DNA from: a virus
Reading direction: 5' to 3' (one strand)
IMG/VR virus record: IMGVR_UViG_3300027518_000001
DNA: 39,126 nucleotides
Shown here: positions 1-8,587 of the stretch, one piece after another
Layout of the letters: every line of letters begins with the position of its first letter
How positions within the stretch are numbered: the stretch's first letter is position 1
Made by a program: the position numbers and the translations under genes
Notes under the pieces: generated by a model
Told to the model about the DNA's origin: nothing
Seen by the model: the letters and a program-made list of their open reading frames with translations, nothing else
The model's database searches: none

Positions 1-127
1 TTAACCTCTGACCATTGAATAGAACGCACATGTTGATTAACATGCTGATGGTCTGTTCCTACAACTGAACCAGTAGTTTGATGCACATCGGCTACACTTT
101 TAAGTAAAGTTACTTGCCCCTGCTCAA
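1..127. repeat. Terminal duplication. 1-127 is identical to 39000-39126. Most likely the assembly overlap of a circular or circularly permuted genome; unique length 38,999 bp.
   Basis: Base-by-base comparison of the two window ends. Identity is limited only by the window edge. Confidence 0.95.
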
Positions 128-488
128 ATACATTAACCCCTTGGCTATCCGCAAAACGGTACTGTGCTGGAGAGTTGGCTGGCGCATCTGCTGGGTCAAA
201 AAATGTTATTCCATCTCCACCATGAAAGGACATCTGACTACGAATCCACCAACCAGTAAGCGACTGCTCACCTGGTTCTGTTTGATTATCAAATTGTTCT
301 TTACGAAATGGTGCGGTTTGACGGATGTATGGACGAGCATCGCTAATAGCATAGATAAACGGCATACCACCAACAGCAACGTCATAGGCTATATCTGTAT
401 TTTGCCAGATAGCAGAAGTAGCGACGACACCAACATCGACAGCAATGGCTCTCGTTGCACGACCTTCGGTAATATCACGATTAGCCAC
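1..488 (-). CDS. 5' part (about 162 codons) of a 750-aa virion protein that continues through the junction into 37235-38999. Putative tail nozzle/tubular-type protein.
   Basis: GTG at 488 is preceded in frame by TAA and by AGGAG 5 nt upstream, overlapping the TAG of the 497-1219 gene. Hand translation VANRDITEGRAT...GQVTLLKSVADVHQTTGS has no stop and is in frame with track ORF 37235-39085 after subtracting 38,999. Confidence 0.85.
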   Translation of the reverse strand, partial: MANRDITEGRATRAIAVDVGVVATSAIWQNTDIAYDVAVGGMPFIYAISDARPYIRQTAPFRKEQFDNQTEPGEQSLTGWWIRSQMSFHGGDGITFFDPADAPANSPAQYRFADSQGVNVFEQGQVTLLKSVADVHQTTGSVVGTDHQHVNQHVRSIQWSEV

Positions 489-496
489 TTAGACTC

Positions 497-1219
497 CTAG
501 TCTTGTTGTTCGTTAAGTTTATTCTTTAAATGTTCATGTGCCCAGTACAGTGCGTAGTATCCATAGTCAAGGCTAAAGCGTTTAATATGTTTTACTAATG
601 CACCAGTATGTGCATGTAATGGGATTCCCGCTGCTTGCATCTTGCGGAAAAAGACAATGTCTTCACCTACATACTTATCGCCAACGTTTTCTTGTTCTGC
701 AAACATTGACTGGTCTGGAAACTTCTCACGCATAGGTGCAATAATTGACTTGTGCATAAGTACAAAACCAAAGCCTGCACTATCTACTTTGATAAGTTCG
801 TTATCTGGTAACGGGTGAACATGCTGGATACTAAATTCATCTACATCATAGAACAATGCTGGGTATGGCTTAGCCAATGTACCTTCATGTTCTTTAGAAA
901 TAAAGTATGTACCACTAACTACTGGTCGGTTAATCTTGTCAACAGTATCCCAAAGTTTAGTAACTACTTCCATGTTGACTACAATGTCTGAGTCAATCCA
1001 TAGTAACCAGTCAGTTTTAATGTGGTCAGCCCAGTAGTCAAACAGAACCTGGCGTTGTCGACCAATCTGATTGCCTTGTACTCGCATACTATGGGTTAGT
1101 TCGATGCCATTGTTAGCGCATTGTAGCGCTACGCTAACGACACCTTCTGTGAACTTACCATCAGTGTTACCGTTGTCACACCAGCCAATTGCCAGTGTTC
1201 CCTTGTTTACTTTAGCCAT
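497..1219 (-). CDS. GT-A fold (family-2-like) glycosyltransferase
   Basis: 240-aa ORF. WLLWIDSDIVV (DxD-type motif after a hydrophobic strand), GFGFVLMHKS and GEDIVFFRK motifs. AAGGGGA SD 5 nt before the ATG. Confidence 0.6.
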   Translation of the reverse strand: MAKVNKGTLAIGWCDNGNTDGKFTEGVVSVALQCANNGIELTHSMRVQGNQIGRQRQVLFDYWADHIKTDWLLWIDSDIVVNMEVVTKLWDTVDKINRPVVSGTYFISKEHEGTLAKPYPALFYDVDEFSIQHVHPLPDNELIKVDSAGFGFVLMHKSIIAPMREKFPDQSMFAEQENVGDKYVGEDIVFFRKMQAAGIPLHAHTGALVKHIKRFSLDYGYYALYWAHEHLKNKLNEQQD

Positions 1220-1249
1220 TGTGTCCCCTTATGTTATGGCAAGGTTGCC

Positions 1250-1277
1250 TATATACTATTATGTCACACCTTGTCAA
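1250..1277 (-). promoter_or_regulatory. Putative sigma-70/SigA-type promoter for the glycosyltransferase and downstream genes
   Basis: Minus strand reads TTGACA (1277-1272), a 16-nt spacer, then TATATA (1255-1250). It lies just after an AGTAGG-n4-CCTACT hairpin (1277-1292). Confidence 0.3.
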
Positions 1278-1287
1278 GTAGGCAAAC

Positions 1288-1452
1288 CTACTCAGGCAGA
1301 ATCGGTGTGGATTGTTCCTTTTTAGGATTTAGGTATGCCTCATAGTCCGCGTTACTTGCAACCATAGGCACAAAAGAAACCACGCCATCAGGCGTTGTCA
1401 TCTCTAAGTAATTTGTGCCGTCTATTGTTTGTTTGATTTCATAAGTATTCAT
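1288..1452 (-). CDS. Mini-ORF (54 aa) trailing receptor-binding paralog 3; possible fibre chaperone
   Basis: ATG at 1452 lies 1 nt after the TAA of the upstream gene, giving MNTYEIKQTIDGTNYLEMTTPDG.... I trimmed the track ORF 1288-1506 to this ATG. Two other cassettes have the same layout. Confidence 0.55.
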   Translation of the reverse strand: MNTYEIKQTIDGTNYLEMTTPDGVVSFVPMVASNADYEAYLNPKKEQSTPILPE

Positions 1453-1453
1453 T

Positions 1454-2509
1454 TTACAACTCCGCACTTGCTGTGTAGTGACCATAGAATCCAGCAGCAT
1501 TTGCAAATGTTGCGTAAATTCTAAACTGATATTGACCTAATCTATCTGCAATTGCAGTTTGATTGTCCGTGTAACTTAAATCTGAACCATTAACCTTTGA
1601 GACTTTTCCTGAATTTCCAACTAAATCATAAATCGTGACAGTTGGTGTGGTTCGTTTTCTAACTTGAAAAATAGGATTAAATGTAAAGTACGGCGCAGTA
1701 GCATTGTTTTCACCTGCGCAAAAACCAAATGAACCTGCTTGGTCGGTAGAACCAGCAAACTCTCCCAGATTATAAGACTTCTCAAAGTAACGCTGACAAA
1801 CGGCTAATTCTCCTTGGATTGTTCCGCCAGCACGACTAAATGGTGTGGCTACTGAGCCAACCTCTAACTGTACGCCAGTCACTTCAAGGTAATCGTTGGC
1901 ACCAGCGGTGCCTGTTGGACTGTAAAAAATCACAGGGGCAATTTGCGTTGTTGTTGATGCAACTGTTCCAGTAAAACTAAATCGTTGCCAAGAAGTTGTC
2001 AGATTTGGACCACCAGAAATTGCATTTGTTTTTGTTCCAAGCATTGAAGGAAGTGATGAATCTGTTGTTGTTGCTTGCCATACTTCAACCCCTATTGTGT
2101 TTGAAGTTGGAGAAAAGTTTGACCCTGCTCGTGCCCAAAAACTGTAAGTGATGCTTTTGCCCGCAAAAGGAATTGAATTGACAGTTTCAAATACTTGACC
2201 CAAAACAATGATGCCAGTGTTCGTATTTCCAGCCACTCTTTGAAATCTGCCGCAGTATTGAATAAAAGGCAAATTCGTCGTGTCACCTGTTGCCTGTCGG
2301 CTAAGAGTGACTGACCCGCCTGAGCTTAATGTCCAAGCAAGCCAACGGTCAGCACTAATGTAACCACTGTTAGAAGTCACAGTTCCTGAAGTTCCACGCT
2401 GCCAGACATCAAACCCACCATTAATGATAGCGTTTTTACCAGCCACAAACGGAGGTACTGCACCACCAAGATTGTCTTGTGTGTCGGCTACATCTCTTGC
2501 TCTTGTCAT
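1454..2509 (-). CDS. Receptor-binding (tail-fibre tip) protein, paralog 3
   Basis: 351 aa. Shares GKNAIINGGFDVWQRGT, DRW, AGKSITYSFWAR, WQRFSFT, QLEVG..ATPF, ELA.CQRY and a C-terminal SAEL with 2641-3699 and with the C-terminal third of 3823-6711. Confidence 0.75.
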   Translation of the reverse strand: MTRARDVADTQDNLGGAVPPFVAGKNAIINGGFDVWQRGTSGTVTSNSGYISADRWLAWTLSSGGSVTLSRQATGDTTNLPFIQYCGRFQRVAGNTNTGIIVLGQVFETVNSIPFAGKSITYSFWARAGSNFSPTSNTIGVEVWQATTTDSSLPSMLGTKTNAISGGPNLTTSWQRFSFTGTVASTTTQIAPVIFYSPTGTAGANDYLEVTGVQLEVGSVATPFSRAGGTIQGELAVCQRYFEKSYNLGEFAGSTDQAGSFGFCAGENNATAPYFTFNPIFQVRKRTTPTVTIYDLVGNSGKVSKVNGSDLSYTDNQTAIADRLGQYQFRIYATFANAAGFYGHYTASAEL

Positions 2510-2640
2510 TCGTTGTTACCTCCTAGTTGGCTTGCTTGTGCTTGTTGCTCGTCATAATTGGCTTTAGTCATTGAAATAGTGGAACCATCCTCGCGTTCAA
2601 TCTGAACCCACTCAACGCCATCTAAAATAAAATCTATCAT
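2506..2640 (-). CDS. Mini-ORF (44 aa) trailing receptor-binding paralog 2; possible fibre chaperone
   Basis: ATG at 2640 abuts the upstream TAA. MIDFILDGVEWVQIEREDGSTISMTKANYDEQQ.... Its TGA overlaps the next ATG (ATGA). Below the 60-aa cutoff of the ORF track. Confidence 0.5.
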   Translation of the reverse strand: MIDFILDGVEWVQIEREDGSTISMTKANYDEQQAQASQLGGNNE

Positions 2641-3699
2641 TTATAACTCCGCACTTAGTCCGATGTATTGGTTTGAAGCATTTGTCGATTGAATGTTCAC
2701 TACCTCACCTTGAGTAAATACTCCAGAACCGTGAGTGTAAGCAACTTCGACCACAGAATTAGAAGCATTTGCTCCACCTGTTCCAGCGATTGCCCAAGTT
2801 CCACTTGTGTAGCGAACATCAGTCGATGCTCTGTTTGCAGCTATGTTTGCTTGCTCGATACTTGTTGGCATTGTTCTCATTGCACTTGGTAACATCAAAC
2901 CAAAACGAGCAATAGCAGTAGTTGATGCGTAACCGCTACTACTCATCAAATTAAAGTTTGCAGCATCTCTTTGAAAACGCCAGTAATACCTCTGGCAAGC
3001 GGCTAATTCACCCTGGATAGTGCTACCAGCACGACTAAATGGTGTTGCTACATTGCCTACTTCTAATTGGAATCCAGTAACTTCAAGATAATCTGCTGCT
3101 CCTGCTGTACCGCTTGGAGTCCAATCAAAGTGAACGGCTAATTCTGTAGCGGTAGCACCAACAGCAAAAGTAAATGTAAAGCGTTGCCAAGTGGTTGTTA
3201 GTGTTGAATGAATTGGTGAGTTAAGTAGTTGGCTTTGACCTGTATATCCGTTAATAAGATTTTGGTCTGTTCCTGTTCCAGAAAAAACTTGAGCAGCAAT
3301 AGTTCCTGAGAAATTAGCACCCTTGCGAGCATAGAAAGAATAGGTTACAGTTTTACCAGCATAAGGGATTGAATTTGCTGTTTCAATATTCTGTGTAAAA
3401 TAAAGCGGAGCAGTATTAGTGCTACCAGAATCACGAGAATAACGCGCACAATATTGAATGTTAGGCAAGTTTGTAGTATCACCAGTTGCCTGACGAGATG
3501 TTACTGTTGATGAACCTGTATTGCGAACATACCAACGGTCTACAGAATAACCAACACCATTAACGCCGTAAGCAACAGAAGTTCCACGCTGCCAAATGTC
3601 CATACTGCCATTAATGATTGCGTTCTTACCAGCAGTTACACCTGCTACTGCACCACCAGAGTTTTGCTGAGTAGTGGCTGTGTTATAGGCTCTGGTCAT
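2641..3699 (-). CDS. Receptor-binding (tail-fibre tip) protein, paralog 2
   Basis: 352 aa with the same motif set (GKNAIINGSMDIWQRGT ... ELAACQRYY ... GLSAEL). Confidence 0.75.
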   Translation of the reverse strand: MTRAYNTATTQQNSGGAVAGVTAGKNAIINGSMDIWQRGTSVAYGVNGVGYSVDRWYVRNTGSSTVTSRQATGDTTNLPNIQYCARYSRDSGSTNTAPLYFTQNIETANSIPYAGKTVTYSFYARKGANFSGTIAAQVFSGTGTDQNLINGYTGQSQLLNSPIHSTLTTTWQRFTFTFAVGATATELAVHFDWTPSGTAGAADYLEVTGFQLEVGNVATPFSRAGSTIQGELAACQRYYWRFQRDAANFNLMSSSGYASTTAIARFGLMLPSAMRTMPTSIEQANIAANRASTDVRYTSGTWAIAGTGGANASNSVVEVAYTHGSGVFTQGEVVNIQSTNASNQYIGLSAEL

Positions 3700-3820
3700 T
3701 GGCTTGCTCCTCTAGTAGTGCATCGTAGGTACTCTTAAGCATTGATGTAAATTGCTCGTTGCCGTGGTCAATGATGGCGTGTTCTAATCCATCAATTTCA
3801 ATAAATGTTACATTATCCAT
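3683..3820 (-). CDS. Mini-ORF (45 aa) trailing the long tail fibre; possible fibre chaperone
   Basis: ATG at 3820 lies 2 nt after the fibre TAA. MDNVTFIEIDGLEHAIIDHGNEQFTSMLKSTYDALLEEQ.... Overlaps the next gene by 17 nt. Below the track cutoff. Confidence 0.5.
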   Translation of the reverse strand: MDNVTFIEIDGLEHAIIDHGNEQFTSMLKSTYDALLEEQANDQSL

Positions 3821-3822
3821 TT

Positions 3823-6711
3823 TTATAACTCCGCACTTAATCCGAGATAACCAGAAGATGAATTGTTTACTTCAACAAAATAAGGACGATATTGAGTCAA
3901 ACTACCTGATGTAGTGAACTTTAGAACAGGTCGAGATGTTGAGGTTCTGTTCGCACTGTCAAAAGTAACAGATGACACAGTTGAAGCATTTTGTGTATCT
4001 ACAACACGAAGTGTTGAGAAATCAATTGCCGAAGGAGTTACTCTCATTGCAACTGGTAAAGATATTTGAGAGATTACATAGGTTGAATCTGAAGCCATAC
4101 CAAAACTTATCTGTTCGTAAACTCCACCAGTACCAAAGCGCACATAGTAACGCTGACACGCAGCCAACTCAGATGCTGGGTTGCCAGTAGCAGTTTGGAA
4201 GGCTGTTACTGTAGAACCTGCCTCGGCTTGCATACCCCAGAACTGGAATGTATTAGACTGCAATCCTGGATTACCACTTCGCGTTGCAAGTGTTGAACCA
4301 TTAGATAACCAGAAATTCAAAACTATATGCCCGCCACCACTAGGAGAACTTAATTGTCCTGATGTCCAAGTTAATGCAGGAACTACAAAGGTAAATGAAT
4401 ATCTTGCCCAAGATGTTGAAATAGTTCTAGTTGTTGAGTTAGTCCCAAAAACTGCAGAGCCAGAACCACCAGAGTTTTGAATAACTTCTAACCCTACTTT
4501 TGGTGTTCCACTTGTAGCCTTAGCCCAAAATGATACTGTAATTGTTTGCCCAGCAAAAGTTCTTGGGTCTTCAATTCTTTGTTCAAATGTGATATAACTT
4601 CCAGTATCACTACCTGATGTAGTAGCAACTTGATAAAAGTATGCACTTTCATAGCCAGATACAGGAGCAGTACCAGGTGTAAATGTTTGCTGCGTTACAG
4701 TTGCAGCAGCACCAGTACCACCAAAATCTAATTTCCATCTATCGGCTGTATAACCTGCTGTGCTAAATGTAGTACCACGCTGCCAGATGCTAAAGTCACC
4801 ATTAAGAATCTTATTCTTACCAGCAGAAAAATCACCAGTGTTTTGAACAAACCTAGCATTAGCCTCTGCCTGTGTATAAGTATTAGAAACACTAAATGCA
4901 GTAAAGGCTAAGACTGTAACAATGTCACTAGCAGTCAATGCTGCCATACCAGTAATGCTTGTACCATTAGATGCTGTGTAATCAGAGCCTCGTACCTGTA
5001 GCACACCATTGATATAGACCTGCTCTTTACCTACTATGTAGGACAGAGTTAAACTGTTGTCATCAGGACCAGATACGCTGGTTGCGCCTGCTGATACTGT
5101 GTACTTGTAGGCAATAATGTCAGCACTAGATGAGATTTCTCCCCAAGCAGTACCTGACCAGACGAACATCTTATTAGATACAGTGTTCCAATATAGAGCA
5201 CCAGTAAGTAGCGCATTGCCATCATTGTCTACTGATGGTGGAGATGACTTGGCACCTAGGTACCTATCGTCAAACTCATCATAAGATGTAGCGGCACTAG
5301 TTGCTGAAGTCAAGGCAGATGATGCTGAAGTAGATGCACTCGCTGCAGAAGTAGCAGCAGCGGTCTGGCTAGTTAGAGCAGAAGATGCTGATGTGCTAGC
5401 AGACGCAGCAGATGTTGCTGCAGCGGTTGCTGAGTTGCTTGCCGATGTTGCAGAAGTTGCAGCAGCACTTGCGCTAGCAGCAACTACAGATTCACTTGCA
5501 GCAGCATTGATAGCACTTGTATTAGCAGCAGTCGCAGAGGCTGCAGCAGAGGTAGCACTAGTAGCAGCAGCGGTTGCTGATGCGGCTGCACTGGCTGCGC
5601 TTGTGGCTGCAGCAGTTACGCTTGCATTCATAGTAGAAGCAGATGTGGCTGCAGAGTTTGCAGATGTTAAAGCAGATGATGCGCTAGTAGCAGCACTTGT
5701 CGCGCTAGTCGCTGCAGCAGTAGCAGAGTTTGCAGCAGATGTAGCATAGCCAGCAATCGTTGCTACTGAGTTGGCAGCAGTTGTTGCACTGTTCGCTGCA
5801 CTAGTTGCACTAGTTGCCGCTGCTGTGGCAGATGCTGCTGCTGAGGTAGCACTTGTCGCTGCTGCTGTAGCAGAACTTGCAGAAGCACTTGCAGATGTTG
5901 CAGATGCTATTGCTGATGTTTCTGAACTTCCAGCAGATGTAGCAGCAGATGCTGCACTAGTTGCTGCACTTGCAGCCGATGTGGCTGCTGCAGTTGCTGA
6001 GCCCAAAATGCTGTCTACATAATCCTTAGGAGTTGCAGATGAAGCAGACATCCCTGCAGAAGATAGACCAGTGATAACTGGTGAGCCTGAGATAGTCGGG
6101 CTAGTTAAAGTCTTGTTAGTAAGAGTCTGTACTGCCGTTGCAATAACCACTGTGCCTGTTGTGTTAGGCATTGTGATTGTATTGTCCTGTGTAGGGTCGA
6201 CCACTGTAAGGGTGGTCTCAAATGCATCAGGTGTTGCACCCTCAAAGACAATGCTTGCATCTACACCTGCACCAGAAATGCTTGGGTTGGTGATTGTAGG
6301 GCTTGTAAGGGTCTTATTAGTCAGTGTCTGGGTGTCGATAGTTCCGACAACAGAAGAGGAGTTTGAGATGCCGTGAACCCCTGTAGAAGCCTCAATATGG
6401 GTATTGGCTTCGCGGTAGTCACGACCGATTGCCATGTGGCGCGTAACTGCACCAGCCGAGTGGGCTTGGGCGGAAGAGCCATCAATACCACGGGTAATAG
6501 TAAAGGTATTAGTAGATACCGCCGTGGCATCTACAATTTCTTCAAGGGCTGTATCTGGGTCAATAACCAAAGTAAAGGTTGTGCCACCTGAAATGGTTGC
6601 ACCACCAAGAAGCGCAGGCCCAGACTGAACAGTAATTGTTGTTGCACCAGCAGTAACCGCGCTAGTCAGCGTAGATTGCTGAGAGCGTGAGGAGTAGTTT
6701 CTAGTTGTCAT
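3823..6711 (-). CDS. Tail fibre. N-terminal anchor with TLTNKTLTSP repeats, a roughly 34-heptad Ala/Ser rod, and a C-terminal receptor-binding domain (paralog 1).
   Basis: 962 aa. Two QTLTNKTLTSPTI repeats, a long SAxxAAT heptad tract, and a C-terminal roughly 340 aa homologous to the two downstream proteins. Confidence 0.85.
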   Translation of the reverse strand: MTTRNYSSRSQQSTLTSAVTAGATTITVQSGPALLGGATISGGTTFTLVIDPDTALEEIVDATAVSTNTFTITRGIDGSSAQAHSAGAVTRHMAIGRDYREANTHIEASTGVHGISNSSSVVGTIDTQTLTNKTLTSPTITNPSISGAGVDASIVFEGATPDAFETTLTVVDPTQDNTITMPNTTGTVVIATAVQTLTNKTLTSPTISGSPVITGLSSAGMSASSATPKDYVDSILGSATAAATSAASAATSAASAATSAGSSETSAIASATSASASASSATAAATSATSAAASATAAATSATSAANSATTAANSVATIAGYATSAANSATAAATSATSAATSASSALTSANSAATSASTMNASVTAAATSAASAAASATAAATSATSAAASATAANTSAINAAASESVVAASASAAATSATSASNSATAAATSAASASTSASSALTSQTAAATSAASASTSASSALTSATSAATSYDEFDDRYLGAKSSPPSVDNDGNALLTGALYWNTVSNKMFVWSGTAWGEISSSADIIAYKYTVSAGATSVSGPDDNSLTLSYIVGKEQVYINGVLQVRGSDYTASNGTSITGMAALTASDIVTVLAFTAFSVSNTYTQAEANARFVQNTGDFSAGKNKILNGDFSIWQRGTTFSTAGYTADRWKLDFGGTGAAATVTQQTFTPGTAPVSGYESAYFYQVATTSGSDTGSYITFEQRIEDPRTFAGQTITVSFWAKATSGTPKVGLEVIQNSGGSGSAVFGTNSTTRTISTSWARYSFTFVVPALTWTSGQLSSPSGGGHIVLNFWLSNGSTLATRSGNPGLQSNTFQFWGMQAEAGSTVTAFQTATGNPASELAACQRYYVRFGTGGVYEQISFGMASDSTYVISQISLPVAMRVTPSAIDFSTLRVVDTQNASTVSSVTFDSANRTSTSRPVLKFTTSGSLTQYRPYFVEVNNSSSGYLGLSAEL
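5285..6003 (-). repeat. Coding tandem repeat: about 34 imperfect 21-nt units (heptad S-A-x-x-A-A-T)
   Basis: Protein reads SATAAAT SAASAAT SAASAAT ... SASSALT SATSAAT. The DNA is GCN/TCN-rich, which produces spurious Ala/Val ORFs on the plus strand. Confidence 0.85.
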
Positions 6712-6719
6712 TTATATTC

Positions 6720-7640
6720 CTATCGGCTGTAGTGAACTCGTGTTGGGTACTGAGTTAATTGTTTTTGTTTTTCTTCATTAAGACGCTGTTGATATAGTCC
6801 AAAGATTTGACGCACTGCTGTATTAGATGCACCAAACGGACGCTTAGAATCAATCTCATCAGACTGTGGGCTGTACTGAGCAGCACGGGCTGGGTCAAGA
6901 TAGGATAGCAATCTATAGGCTGCGCCTAAAATAATTACATCTTTAACTGTATTTGATAATCCAGTTTGTGTGGCAAAATCTTGCGAGTTGCTTGTAAATA
7001 CTGCTGGGTGTGTAGCATACATAGCCTTAACAGTTCTACCAGGAATAATAACATCATGAATAGTTACAGTTTGTGAACCGCTACCCCAAGTTGCACTATC
7101 GGCCAATGGGTCAAAGGTCCATCTACGAACTCTAATCCACTCTTTTGTTGGACCAATATCTTGCCACGACATAGTAAGAATATTCTCTATGTTTAAATCT
7201 TGGAACTCATAAGTTGTTACTGCTGCATTGTAAACAAATGATGTTTGCTTAACTGCATAGATAGAAGAACCAACTGCTTCAATAGTATCGTTAATAGCCT
7301 TCTTAATAACATAGCGCGGGAAAATAGGTGAGATAGTAACCTTTACATCCGCAGCATGCGTGGCAGCATCTGTTCCCAGATAGCCTCGCCCGTAAGGGGC
7401 GACTGTTGCTGTATTGCCAACACGGTCAAACGAATCAACCCACATTAACTCTTCATCGATTTCAAGTACACCTTTGCCTACATTGCTAGTGTCTCCAAGA
7501 GACAAGATTGTAGGTGCAGTACTTGGTGAGGTTAAAGTACTAACCGCAGTTCTAAGATAGGTAGAGCGGTCTTGCTGATATGTGTAACCCGATAGATTAA
7601 TAAGCACTTCATCAATCATTTGTGTCAATGTTGTTGTCAT
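6720..7640 (-). CDS. Putative head-tail adaptor or tail protein
   Basis: 306-aa ORF directly upstream of the fibre gene and translationally coupled to its neighbours. Called from position only. Confidence 0.4.
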   Translation of the reverse strand: MTTTLTQMIDEVLINLSGYTYQQDRSTYLRTAVSTLTSPSTAPTILSLGDTSNVGKGVLEIDEELMWVDSFDRVGNTATVAPYGRGYLGTDAATHAADVKVTISPIFPRYVIKKAINDTIEAVGSSIYAVKQTSFVYNAAVTTYEFQDLNIENILTMSWQDIGPTKEWIRVRRWTFDPLADSATWGSGSQTVTIHDVIIPGRTVKAMYATHPAVFTSNSQDFATQTGLSNTVKDVIILGAAYRLLSYLDPARAAQYSPQSDEIDSKRPFGASNTAVRQIFGLYQQRLNEEKQKQLTQYPTRVHYSR

Positions 7641-7912
7641 AGGTCTATGCTCCTTAGTGCAACAACTGCTGACAGTCCAGTAGTTCCCGCTAGTTCGTTA
7701 CAGATAGCGTTTAGCATCTTGTAATTATTAGGCTGACGGCTAGCACTGGCTTTAATATTTAGTGCTGCAATAATACCTAAGCCATTAGTGTCAGCATAGT
7801 TGTTTGCTGCACCTTGTTCGGACTGGTATGCATCTGGTGTTGGGTATGTTCCGCCGTTTGCAAGACGATTTAACTCGTCAGCAAATGTGCTACCTGCTAC
7901 TCCTGTTGCCAT
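7637..7912 (-). CDS. Hypothetical virion-module protein (91 aa)
   Basis: ORF coupled to both neighbours (overlapping start and stop). Repeated LN..A(G/N)(G/T)T-like motifs. Confidence 0.6.
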   Translation of the reverse strand: MATGVAGSTFADELNRLANGGTYPTPDAYQSEQGAANNYADTNGLGIIAALNIKASASRQPNNYKMLNAICNELAGTTGLSAVVALRSIDL

Positions 7913-8148
7913 TATCTAAACCTCGCAGCCTTCTTTGCTATTGACTTTGGTTGTTTTACAAACTGCTTACCTTTTGCGTTGCCAGCAGCCTTTGCTTTAT
8001 TAGTGGCTGCTTTTTCAGCAGGACTTAATGCAGCCCATGCTGCTGCTGGTAAATATCTTTTCTTACCTTTAGATGGTTTACCATCAGAAGTCTTCCACTT
8101 CTGTGCAGTCCACTTTTTAAGAGACTGTTGTGATTTAGCAAGAGTCAT
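7912..8148 (-). CDS. Small Lys-rich basic protein (78 aa)
   Basis: About 21 of 78 residues are K or R against 2 acidic, by my count. Coupled TAATG junction. Confidence 0.65.
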   Translation of the reverse strand: MTLAKSQQSLKKWTAQKWKTSDGKPSKGKKRYLPAAAWAALSPAEKAATNKAKAAGNAKGKQFVKQPKSIAKKAARFR

Positions 8149-8336
8149 TACTTATATCCTCCGCCTGCCTTCTTGTACTGAACTGCAAGCAACTGTGCTT
8201 TACGAGCAGACCATTCTCCAGGGTCTCCACCCTTAGAGCCAGCCTTAATCTTCTTAAACAATGCGGCACGCATACCTGGCTTGGTATAATTACCTGCAGC
8301 ATTAACTTTAGATTTAGTTTTTTTCTTTGCTACCAT
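8148..8336 (-). CDS. Small Lys-rich basic protein (62 aa)
   Basis: MVAKKKTKSK...GDPGEWSARKAQLLAVQYKKAGGGYK. The GxWSARKAQLL..Y...GGGY motif resembles a conserved small bacterial/phage protein family, from memory and not searched. Confidence 0.65.
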   Translation of the reverse strand: MVAKKKTKSKVNAAGNYTKPGMRAALFKKIKAGSKGGDPGEWSARKAQLLAVQYKKAGGGYK

Positions 8337-8587
8337 TTGACTTTATCCGCCCAGTAGGCCGCAGACATTTTGCCCTTGGCGATGTTCTTAGCATGACGTG
8401 CCTTAAATGAAGCCTGACGTTTTGTAGGCTGCCTGTCACCAGTAACACCCTGTTGACCAAAGCGAATAGTTTTGACCTTGTCTCCCTCTTTAGCCACAAC
8501 TACGTGTGATTTTGTTGGATGATTTGGTGTGCGCTTAGGCTTGTTAAAGCCTGACACTCCTGCTCGCTTTAGTCTAGGGTCTGACAT
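8330..8587 (-). CDS. Small basic protein (85 aa)
   Basis: KPKRTPNHPTKSHVVVAKEGDKVKTIRFGQQG...FKARHAKNIAKGKMSAAYWADKVKW. Coupled to its neighbours. Confidence 0.65.
   Translation of the reverse strand: MSDPRLKRAGVSGFNKPKRTPNHPTKSHVVVAKEGDKVKTIRFGQQGVTGDRQPTKRQASFKARHAKNIAKGKMSAAYWADKVKW

Noticed and set aside
1-127. The 127-bp end duplication read as a genuine phage direct terminal repeat
   Set aside because: It lies in the middle of an open reading frame that reads straight through the junction. The identity is cut only by the window edge. An assembly overlap of a circular contig is the simpler explanation, though it is still worth checking with read termini.
114-500. Plus-strand 128-aa ORF at the left edge of the window
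   Set aside because: It is antisense to the 5' part of the wrap-around 750-aa gene, which has an SD, a coupled start and clean continuity across the junction. The plus-strand product is Cys/Trp-rich and looks like nonsense.
1454-4860. A diversity-generating retroelement acting on the triplicated receptor-binding domains
   Set aside because: No reverse transcriptase ORF is present anywhere in the genome, and I found no near-identical template/variable repeat pair with A-specific differences. The paralogs are diverged along their whole length.
5285-6003. CRISPR-like or satellite repeat array
   Set aside because: The 21-nt units are imperfect and contiguous with no unique spacers. They sit in frame inside the fibre gene, so this is a coding heptad repeat.
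5393-6022. Plus-strand ORFs 5393-5749 and 5771-6022, encoding Ala/Val/Leu-rich polypeptides
   Set aside because: They are antisense to the GCN/TCN heptad repeat of the fibre gene. Their openness is a by-product of the codon periodicity. They have no SD and no coupling to neighbours.
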